A stretch of 64,000 bases of DNA from Corynebacterium sp. (lineage in GTDB: Bacteria; Actinomycetota; Actinomycetes; Mycobacteriales; Mycobacteriaceae): contig NZ_JAUNLP010000006.1 in the NCBI RefSeq assembly GCF_030532195.1, positions 121,211 to 185,210 on the forward strand, written 5' to 3'. Numbering within the stretch: the first letter of the stretch is position 1; every line of letters begins with the position of its first letter. Both the position numbers and the translations under genes were made by a program. Shown one piece after another: positions 30,349 through 37,638 of this stretch. The notes under the pieces were generated by a model. The model was not told where the DNA came from and ran no database searches. It saw nothing but the letters and a program-made list of their open reading frames with translations.

Positions 30349-30563
30349 GCATGTGTTTATTGTTATTGAGAGGCTTGGTGCACTGGTGCGCGGAGGTGCG
30401 GGGTTTGGCCTCACCGAACTGCAGGGGCCAGACTCCACAGCTTGTGCGGCCAAGGTTAACGGTTATCCCACTTCACACAGGCTAATCCCCCCCCATCCAA
30501 AACCCGCTCAAACGCTGCTCCACAACCAGCCCACTCCCCCACAAACTTAAACACTGTTCAGGA

Positions 30564-31001
30564 ATGTCTAGAGTGGACAGTATGGAACCCATGGAAGTAA
30601 ATGCTGGCCGCTTCTACTGCCGGCCCCTGCGTCACGATTCCCGCGTCGATGATGCCCCCGTCGCAACCGAGCTCCTCAAAGAACTCGCGCCCGACTCCAC
30701 CAACTCTCCCAGCTCCGTCGCCGAATTCCTCACCGACTCGACCGCTGACTGGGAAAATGACACCGCGTACCGTTTCGCGGTTGCTGAGCAAACAAACGTC
30801 GAGATGCTTGCCCTCGCAACCGTCACGCCAACCGGCGACGACAGCGTCAGCATCGAGGTCCGCCCCGTTGGCAATCCATCGCGAGTGCTGCCTAACGACG
30901 ATCAAGTCCTCACTAAAGTAACCGTCGCTGACGGCGTCGAAGCCGCCGAAAAAGCCCTCCACCGTTGGGCAGAGGGCTTCTTGGGTAAAAAGGTCGACTA
31001 G
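30564..31001 (+). CDS. Hypothetical protein, weak GNAT/RimJ-like pattern
   Basis: 145 aa. FYCRPLRHD...YRFAVAE...VADGVEAAEKALHRWAEGFLG loosely resembles an acetyltransferase fold. The start is uncertain (ATGs at 30564, 30582, 30591). Confidence 0.45.
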   Translation: MSRVDSMEPMEVNAGRFYCRPLRHDSRVDDAPVATELLKELAPDSTNSPSSVAEFLTDSTADWENDTAYRFAVAEQTNVEMLALATVTPTGDDSVSIEVRPVGNPSRVLPNDDQVLTKVTVADGVEAAEKALHRWAEGFLGKKVD

Positions 31002-31030
31002 CCTCGACTAGCGCGTAAGCACCAGCGAGC

Positions 31031-31879
31031 CTACGCGCCGGAGCGCAGCAGGTAGATATCCATAATCCACCCATGCTCCGCACGCAGCTTCTTCTTCAAC
31101 TCTGCGATTTCCCCGCCGACTTCAGCAACGCGACCACGACGAAGTGTCTCCATCTCCGTGCCTAAGTACGCACCCCAGAGAATCTCCTCCTCCGGGTCTG
31201 CGTGCTCCAGCCAGGCGGCACCGCCATCGAGCATGACCACCGCATCAGTACCGGGGACACGCTCGCCCAGCTTCCTGCCGGTAGTAATCAGTACGGGCTT
31301 GCCAATCTGATTCAGACATTCGCCGTGCGCCGCTGTCAGCGCCGAAATCGCTGTCACACTCGGGATGACCTTGGAGTGCACCTCCAGGCCGAGGTCGCGC
31401 ACGCGTTGCAGAATACGCAACGTCGAGTCATACAAGGAGGGGTCGCCCCAGACCAGGAACGCACCACGGCGCTTGCCTTCCCGACCAAGGTGGGTAACGA
31501 ATGCGTCGGCAAGCAGCTCGGCACGGCGCTGATGCCAGTCACGAACGACCGCTCCGTAGTTGTCCGGCGTGCGGTCGCGCGGCGGATCAGGCACGGCGAC
31601 GAGTTCTACGTGAGGCGCGTGCTTATCGACGATCGCCTGTCGCGCGGCCAACAAGTCCGCTTTGGCATCGCCTTTGTCGAGAGCAAAAACAACGTCAACA
31701 TCGGCAAGAGCGCCGATAGCCTCGAGTGTGATGTGACTCGGGCTACCGGCGCCTATTCCGATGACGTCTACATTGACTGACCCGCTGTATTCAGCGCTCT
31801 CGGACTGACTGCGAGCCGTGTCGCTGTGACTAGTGATTGGTCGGATCTCCCTCGTAGCCGAACTGCTCAGCCATCTCAT
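31031..31879 (-). CDS. cobF: Precorrin-6A synthase (deacetylating) CobF-type SAM-dependent methyltransferase
   Basis: VDVIGIGAGSP...AFLVWGDPSLYDSTLRIL...HGWIMDIYLLR match the CobF family. ATG 31879 is the only canonical in-frame start; it gives a ~34-aa N-terminal extension and a 50-nt overlap with the upstream gene. Confidence 0.78.
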   Translation of the reverse strand: MRWLSSSATREIRPITSHSDTARSQSESAEYSGSVNVDVIGIGAGSPSHITLEAIGALADVDVVFALDKGDAKADLLAARQAIVDKHAPHVELVAVPDPPRDRTPDNYGAVVRDWHQRRAELLADAFVTHLGREGKRRGAFLVWGDPSLYDSTLRILQRVRDLGLEVHSKVIPSVTAISALTAAHGECLNQIGKPVLITTGRKLGERVPGTDAVVMLDGGAAWLEHADPEEEILWGAYLGTEMETLRRGRVAEVGGEIAELKKKLRAEHGWIMDIYLLRSGA

Positions 31880-32111
31880 CCGGAGACAGGCCGGCCATCG
31901 AACCGGACAGGTTTGCCGACGCAGCCTGCTTCAAGTAAATCTCACAAGCATTGGCCATGTACTTGGAGTCGTACACGTTCATCTCCAGAATCGGAGTCAG
32001 CGTGCCGTCATCCTCCATACGCGAGACCAGCAGGTGTGGCTGATCCGAATCCGTGGTCATCGAGCACTTAATCTTGACACCGTTGACATCCGTGAAAGTC
32101 GGCTTAATCAT
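31830..32111 (-). CDS. Hypothetical acidic protein (93 aa)
   Basis: ATG at 32111 is preceded by GGAGGAGGA 7 nt upstream. Codon usage looks coding. I recognise no domain. Confidence 0.55.
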   Translation of the reverse strand: MIKPTFTDVNGVKIKCSMTTDSDQPHLLVSRMEDDGTLTPILEMNVYDSKYMANACEIYLKQAASANLSGSMAGLSPDEMAEQFGYEGDPTNH

Positions 32112-32407
32112 ATTGTCATCCTCCTCCATAACAGCGACCCAAAAATAAAAGCAGCGCCGTTGCGACAGCAGGCGCAGAAAAGTCGCTCGTTATAAACCAT
32201 GTTAGCCAGATTTGCCCATGCGCCGCCGAGTGGAAAACACACGGGGGTAATGGTGACTGCTCTGCGGGTTTGCCGGTGGCGATACGATGCCGCCCGGAAA
32301 AATCTTTCACACATCGAACGGAGCGGAATTGCGACCCCGATTGCGGTATGCACAGCCAAATGCGTTAGAGTTATGACGTAATTTTCCATGGTTCATGGAA
32401 GATGACT

Positions 32408-32480
32408 GCCCTAGTAGCTCAGTGGATAGAGCACGGCTCTCCTAAAGCCGGTGTCGGAGGTTCGATTCCTCTCTGGGGCA
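32408..32480 (+). tRNA. tRNA-Arg (anticodon CCT)
   Basis: Manual cloverleaf: acceptor GCCCTAG/CTGGGGC, D-arm GCTC-AGTGGATA-GAGC, anticodon stem CGGCT/AGCCG with loop CTCCTAA, T-arm GGAGG-TTCGATT-CCTCT, discriminator A. CCA is not encoded. Confidence 0.95.
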
Positions 32481-32495
32481 CTTTTTCTCACTGGC

Positions 32496-33119
32496 TCATG
32501 CGACAACCACTCGTTTGCCTGCCATAAGGTCGAAGAGGTGGACTCGGAAAACGATTACGCCGACCAACAGGACGAACAAAATCGTTCTCATGACGGGTTC
32601 GAATTTAGTAAGCGACAAGAGCAGCAATAAGAGATAACTGTTGCGTGCTGCCGCCCGTAAACCTCTGTACTTTATATCCGCCTTCGGCTGTTCCTTTGAA
32701 AGAATATCTGCAGAGTTGACGTCTTCGGCAGACACGACGCGCAGTGAAAATAAACCTTGACCAACGGTTTGCTCACCACGCGCCTCGTCGTTTGTGCGCG
32801 CTAAGAAAAAGACCAGCGGAACTGCCAGGCTATATAGCACGTGGAATTCCGGCGCGGTCGGCCATGACCAGCGCTCCACGGCAGCGTCCCAGCCGAGTTT
32901 GCCAACGGCCACAATGAGCGCGACGAAGATACCCACGAGGAATGAATCCATCACCCACGCGCCGCCCCGTCGTGCCACGAGGTCGACGTTGCTCTTTACC
33001 GAGTACTCGTTTGGCGTGCGCATCTTCATAAGGCCCAAACTAACAAAGCAGTTTCGCTTCTCTGGCGATTCCTCGCTATAATCCCTTTCTTCCCAACATT
33101 CGACGACATTCGACGACAT
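32496..33119 (-). CDS. RDD-family membrane protein
   Basis: VARRGGAWVMDSFLVGIFVALIV... plus further TM helices are typical of RDD proteins. The start is uncertain: the track TTG 33188, ATG 33119 (chosen), or ATG 33029/33023. The region is visibly more AT-rich than its neighbours. Confidence 0.6.
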   Translation of the reverse strand: MSSNVVECWEERDYSEESPEKRNCFVSLGLMKMRTPNEYSVKSNVDLVARRGGAWVMDSFLVGIFVALIVAVGKLGWDAAVERWSWPTAPEFHVLYSLAVPLVFFLARTNDEARGEQTVGQGLFSLRVVSAEDVNSADILSKEQPKADIKYRGLRAAARNSYLLLLLLSLTKFEPVMRTILFVLLVGVIVFRVHLFDLMAGKRVVVA

Positions 33120-33273
33120 TCGGGGTGCGAGTGCCAGGACGCTTCCGCAAAGCTTGCACGAAAATATGGAGAAACTTCCGGTATGCAAACCGAAAAGTCG
33201 AATGTATAGTTATCAGTTGACTGAACCTATTTATTCCGTGCTGGTTCGCACGCCAATAGGCTATGAAAGTGAG

Positions 33274-33915
33274 ATGAATGTGAGTGCACTAACTCGTTTA
33301 CAAGCAGTCCAGCGCCCTGCGCTCACACCTCGTCGACGCAATAATCGACGCCACATGGCACTGACCTGCGCTTTCCTCACCTTTACGGCCACTGCAACGG
33401 CATGCGCGAATAGTCAGGAGGCCGCGCCGACGCAAGCATCGTCGTCAAGCACTTTCACACCGACTTCACAGACCACGCCGACGACGCCGACCACAGTCGG
33501 CCCCAAGGTCAAGGAGGGCGGCACGCCGCGTATCGGGCAGCCGTGCCCGAATCTGGCAGGCGAGGTACGTGTGAGTGCCAACGGTCAGGATTTGGAGTGC
33601 GCGAAAATCGGCGAGACTGAGATGTGGACGGTGATTGAGGAGACATCGTCAAGCACAAAGTCGGACGAGGTCTGGATTTCGATTGCGCCTACGACGTCGG
33701 TGCCGGAAACGCAGGAGCCAGAAGCCACGGACCAGACCGAGGCTCCGTCGGAATCGGAGACCTCCGACAGCGAGACAGCTTCGTCGACGGCTGAGGAAAC
33801 TGAGACGGAATCAACCACGCCGCCGCAGCCTTCTGAGTCCGGTGAGCCCAGCGATAATCAGTCGATGGAAAACTCGCAGGTAGATGAGCCCGACCTTTTG
33901 AACTTCAATCGCTAG
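33274..33915 (+). CDS. Putative secreted lipoprotein with acidic Ser/Thr/Glu-rich low-complexity C-terminus
   Basis: RRRNNRRHMALTCAFLTFTATATAC forms a signal peptide plus lipobox. The C-terminal half is composed of E/T/S/P repeats. I chose the start at ATG 33274; the track ORF begins at 33154. Confidence 0.55.
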   Translation: MNVSALTRLQAVQRPALTPRRRNNRRHMALTCAFLTFTATATACANSQEAAPTQASSSSTFTPTSQTTPTTPTTVGPKVKEGGTPRIGQPCPNLAGEVRVSANGQDLECAKIGETEMWTVIEETSSSTKSDEVWISIAPTTSVPETQEPEATDQTEAPSESETSDSETASSTAEETETESTTPPQPSESGEPSDNQSMENSQVDEPDLLNFNR

Positions 33916-33979
33916 CCAATCGCTAGACGTAAGACACGCTCCTGCTCCGACAGGACATCCCCCCCCCCGAAAGAGCACG

Positions 33980-34021
33980 AAAGACCCGCTGCAAACTTCA
34001 GCGCAGCGGGTCTTCGTTTTT
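33980..34021. terminator. Bidirectional terminator between the lipoprotein gene and gcvT
   Basis: AGACCCGCTGC (33982-33992) / GCAGCGGGTCT (34003-34013) stem followed by TCGTTTTT. Confidence 0.75.
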
Positions 34022-34026
34022 AGCTT

Positions 34027-35199
34027 TTACTTACGGTGACGACGGTTGTAGAACGGTGTCGGCACAACAGTGGCCTTGATATCGGTGTCTTCGACGGTGA
34101 ACTCAGTGCCCTTCGTAGACTGCCAACGCTGGACATAGGCGAAAGCGATTGGGTGGCCAAGAGTCGGCGAGACCTTCGACGAGGTAATCACACCAACTGC
34201 ATTGCCGTCGGCATCAATCAGATTGCTACCGCGACGCGCTGCTTCCTTACCGGAAAGGCGCAGGCCAACCAACAGTTCCTTCGACTGCGGGCGGTTGAAC
34301 AGTGCGTTGCGGCCGATGAAGTGACCCTTTGTCGGGCCCATGATTGACCCCAGGCCGGCCTCCAGCGGAGTGCGGTCGCGCGTGAGTTCGTAGCCGTAGA
34401 GCGGCATGCCGGCTTCCAGACGCAGCGTATCGCGGCAGGCCAGACCACATGGCAGCAGCCCGAGGTCAGAGCCATCATCAGCTGGGTCTTCAGGGCTTTC
34501 GACCTCTCCCCCAGCTGCCAGGATGGCACGCCAAACATCGACTGCGCGGTCAATCGGCGGGAAGATCTCGAAGCCGTCCTCACCGGTGTAGCCGGTACGA
34601 GCCACAATCATCTCCACACCTGCAACTTCCAGCAGGGTGCAGGAGTAGTAATTCATGCCGTCGAGCGTGGCATGCAGGTCCTGCGGCAGCAGACGGCGCA
34701 TGAGCTTCGCGGCCTTCGGCCCCTGGATTGCCAGCAGCGCATTCTTCTCATTCATGCGCTCGACCTCGACGTTGTAGCCGCCGATGCGTTCCTGCAGCGT
34801 CGAGTAGACATCCTCTGCTGCCGCCGCATTTTGAACCAACATGAATTCATGGCTGCCAAGACGGTAAATAATCAGGTCATCAATAATGCCGCCGTCTTCC
34901 TGCACAATCATGGTGTACTTTGCGCGGCCCAGCGCCAGCGGCTTAATTGCCGAAATCAGCGTATGCGCCAGGAACGATGCGGCATCATCGCCGGTGACAC
35001 GGATAATGCCCATCAGCGACAGGTCAAACAAGCCAACAGCCTCGCGCACGGCATTGTGCTCTGCAATTTCCGATGTGTATCGGAATGGCACCTCGTAACC
35101 GCCCACATTGCGCATTTCCGCACCAAGGCTCACATGCTCATCATGCAGGGCACTACGAAGGCCGGTGTTGTTCGCATCAGCGCCAGAATTGTCAGACAT
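34027..35199 (-). CDS. gcvT: Glycine cleavage system aminomethyltransferase (T protein)
   Basis: LHDEHVSLGAEM...FDLSLMGIIRVTG...ARTGYTGEDGFEI motifs. I chose the start at ATG 35199, which has a GGAGAG RBS. Confidence 0.92.
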   Translation of the reverse strand: MSDNSGADANNTGLRSALHDEHVSLGAEMRNVGGYEVPFRYTSEIAEHNAVREAVGLFDLSLMGIIRVTGDDAASFLAHTLISAIKPLALGRAKYTMIVQEDGGIIDDLIIYRLGSHEFMLVQNAAAAEDVYSTLQERIGGYNVEVERMNEKNALLAIQGPKAAKLMRRLLPQDLHATLDGMNYYSCTLLEVAGVEMIVARTGYTGEDGFEIFPPIDRAVDVWRAILAAGGEVESPEDPADDGSDLGLLPCGLACRDTLRLEAGMPLYGYELTRDRTPLEAGLGSIMGPTKGHFIGRNALFNRPQSKELLVGLRLSGKEAARRGSNLIDADGNAVGVITSSKVSPTLGHPIAFAYVQRWQSTKGTEFTVEDTDIKATVVPTPFYNRRHRK

Positions 35200-35272
35200 A
35201 CACTCTCCATTAATTGCAATCAGCAAGGCAGATTCTTTTACCTCACTAGCTTATCGCTTAGCCAGAAACCCT

Positions 35273-35284
35273 GCTTTACGACGG
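35273..35284 (-). repeat. Dispersed 12-mer CCGTCGTAAAGC, exact copy (minus strand)
   Basis: 82 nt after the actP stop and 73 nt upstream of the gcvT start; both genes are on the minus strand. Confidence 0.85.
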
Positions 35285-35303
35285 CGACACCTGGGAAGAA
35301 CGT

Positions 35304-35342
35304 GAAACAAAACCCCGCAACCAGTGACGGCAGCGGGGTTTC
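35304..35342 (-). terminator. Terminator after actP
   Basis: AACCCCGC / GCGGGGTT stem. On the minus strand it is followed by TTTGTTTC. Confidence 0.7.
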
Positions 35343-35366
35343 AACTACGAAGATTCAATCTCGCGA

Positions 35367-37019
35367 TTAGTGATCGACTGCAGCCTCAGTACCAACACCG
35401 GTCAGCGAGCGAACTTCCATCTCGGCTGCCAGGTCATCGAGGTTGTCTGCCTTACCCATGTAGGTGGCAATGATGCCTGCCAGGAATGCCAGCGGGATGG
35501 AGACCAGCCCCGGCGAGGTCAGCGGGAACCACGCAAAGTCAACCGCTGGAATCATCGAGGACTCAGAGCCGGAGACTGCCGGGGAGAAGATGATCAGAAC
35601 CAGTGAAGAGATGACACCGGTGTACATGGAGGCGACAGCACCGGCGGTGTTGAAGCGCTTCCAGAACAGGGACATCAGAATCGTCGGCACGTTTGCTGAG
35701 GCCGCCACTGCGAAGGCCAGCGAAACCAAGAAGGCAACGTTCTGCCCCATTGCCAGGATGCCCAGGATGATTGAGGCAACGCCCAGGACAACCACGGTGA
35801 TGCGGGAGACGCGGACCTGCTCGGCCTCAGTTGCCTGCCCCTTGCGGATAACAGCCTGGTAGAGGTCCTGACCGACGGACGCGGAAGCGGTAATTGCCAG
35901 ACCTGCGACCACAGCCAGCACGGTTGCGAATGCCACAGCGGAGACCACGGCCATGAAGACCGAGCCACCGATTTCGAATGCGAGCAGCGGAGCTGCCGCG
36001 TTGGCCCCGCCCGGCGCGGCGGTGATGCGGTCCGGGCCGACGAGTGCTGCGGCACCGTAGCCGAGAACCAGTGTCAGCAGGTAGAAGCCACCGATGAGGA
36101 TGATGGCCCAGGTAACGGACTTACGAGCTTCCTTTGCGGTTGGCACCGTGTAGAAGCGCATGAGCACGTGTGGCAGACCTGCCACACCGAGCACCAGTGC
36201 CAGGCCCAGGGAGATGAAGTCCAACTGGCTGACGAAGGTGGAACCGTACTTCAGGCCAGGCTCCAGAATCGCCGAGGCCTCGTAGCCCTGTTCTGCCAGG
36301 TAGTCAGAACCAGCGTGCGTATCAACGGCATCCTGCAGCAGCTGGGAGAAGTTGCCCTTAACGCCAATCAGGATGATGACGGTCATGAGAATAACCGCAC
36401 CAACCAGCAGGACAGCCTTAATCATCTGCACGTAAGTCGTACCCTTCATGCCACCGATGAGAACGTAGGCGACCATGATGACGCCGACGACACCGACAAC
36501 GATGGACTGCTGCGTGGTGTCGTGGATGTTCAGCAGCACTGCGACCAGCGAACCAGCACCTGCCATCTGTGCGATGAGGTAGAACAGGGTCACTGCCAGC
36601 GTGGAAATTGCAGCTGCGGTACGCACCGGGCGCTGCTTGAGTCGGAAGGACAAAACGTCGGCCATGGTGAATTTACCGACGTTTCGCAGCGGCTCTGCGA
36701 CCAGCAGCAGCGCTACCAGCCATGCGACGAAGAAGCCGATCGAGTATAGGAATCCGTCGTAACCAGTCAGTGCGATGGCACCGACAATACCGAGGAAGGA
36801 TGCGGCGGAGAGGTAGTCACCTGCAATGGCGAGACCATTTTGGGTACCGGAGAACTGCGCGCCACCGGTGTAGAAGTCCGATGCGCCCTTGTTGCCGCCC
36901 TTGCCGACGCGGGTGACGATGTACATGGTCGCCACAATGAAGGCGACGAAGACTGCAATGTTGAGAATCGGATTACCAGCAGCTGCGGTGGCATCTGCAG
37001 CCAAGAAGTTGGTCAACAT
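35367..37019 (-). CDS. actP: Solute:sodium symporter family monocarboxylate/acetate permease (ActP/MctC type)
   Basis: 550 aa, about 13-14 TM helices, an SSF signature and a preceding DUF485 gene, as in actP-yjcH and C. glutamicum mctC. Confidence 0.88.
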   Translation of the reverse strand: MLTNFLAADATAAAGNPILNIAVFVAFIVATMYIVTRVGKGGNKGASDFYTGGAQFSGTQNGLAIAGDYLSAASFLGIVGAIALTGYDGFLYSIGFFVAWLVALLLVAEPLRNVGKFTMADVLSFRLKQRPVRTAAAISTLAVTLFYLIAQMAGAGSLVAVLLNIHDTTQQSIVVGVVGVIMVAYVLIGGMKGTTYVQMIKAVLLVGAVILMTVIILIGVKGNFSQLLQDAVDTHAGSDYLAEQGYEASAILEPGLKYGSTFVSQLDFISLGLALVLGVAGLPHVLMRFYTVPTAKEARKSVTWAIILIGGFYLLTLVLGYGAAALVGPDRITAAPGGANAAAPLLAFEIGGSVFMAVVSAVAFATVLAVVAGLAITASASVGQDLYQAVIRKGQATEAEQVRVSRITVVVLGVASIILGILAMGQNVAFLVSLAFAVAASANVPTILMSLFWKRFNTAGAVASMYTGVISSLVLIIFSPAVSGSESSMIPAVDFAWFPLTSPGLVSIPLAFLAGIIATYMGKADNLDDLAAEMEVRSLTGVGTEAAVDH

Positions 37020-37022
37020 GTT

Positions 37023-37400
37023 TTAGGCCCCCTTCTTTGAGATGATTTCTGCGATTTCGCCACTTTCCATTGCTTCACGCAGCTCTGCCTGCAGTGGCTC
37101 GAGCTTCTTGTTGGCAAAGTTGATGTAAATCCAGGTGATGGCGAAGGTGGTCACGAATTGGAGCAGGCCGAGCACAATACCGAGGTTGATGTTGCCCAGC
37201 ACTGGGATTGCCATGACGTCCGGCGCGAAGGTCGCAAACAGAACGAAGGCGATGTACCACACCAAGCCAGCAATGGTCGTTGGGATGGCGAAGGAACGGA
37301 ACGTCGAGCGGAGCTGTTGAAACTGCGCTGAGTCCTGAACATAGCGGTACTCAGCTGCTTGTGGCTTGTGCCGTTTTGCTGGCACTGGTGTTGCGGACAC
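37023..37400 (-). CDS. DUF485 (YjcH-like) inner membrane protein
   Basis: FQQLRSTFRSFAIPTTIAGLVWYIAFVLF... followed by a second TM helix. I prefer the GTG start at 37400 (GGAAAGGA RBS); the track start is 37484. Confidence 0.78.
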   Translation of the reverse strand: MSATPVPAKRHKPQAAEYRYVQDSAQFQQLRSTFRSFAIPTTIAGLVWYIAFVLFATFAPDVMAIPVLGNINLGIVLGLLQFVTTFAITWIYINFANKKLEPLQAELREAMESGEIAEIISKKGA

Positions 37401-37638
37401 GGGCTTATCCTTTCCAGGAATATTCGGCGGGTGTTCGTAATGAGCTTCAGCACAGCCACCCCAGCGGTGTGCCGTGCGCCACATTTTCGATTATGTGTTG
37501 AAACAAAGTTACCTGGAACACAGTTAGCAGAGAAGTTAAACGAGACTAACTACTTCTCAGCCCGCGTTAAGGCACCCCCAAAAACGCCTTTACCTGCACA
37601 CATGAATAGCCCTTTGGCTACCCCCATCTATGCGCCGT

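Noticed and set aside
30353-30550. 65-aa ORF and C-rich segment downstream of accBC as a possible 6C-type sRNA or small protein
   Set aside because: I could not fold two convincing C-loop hairpins by eye. The ORF has no RBS and poor codon usage. I mention it only under the homopolymer observation.
35300-35309. parS-like half site (minus strand TGTTTCACGT)
   Set aside because: Only the first 10 of 16 positions of TGTTTCACGTGAAACA match, and the second half (TCTTCC) does not. The sequence is also part of the U-tract of the actP terminator.
35200-35366. Glycine riboswitch upstream of gcvT
   Set aside because: The leader shows no GGAGAG...CACCGAAGGGGCAA...CUCAGGCAAAAGGAC-type cores. The region holds the actP terminator and a 12-mer repeat copy instead.
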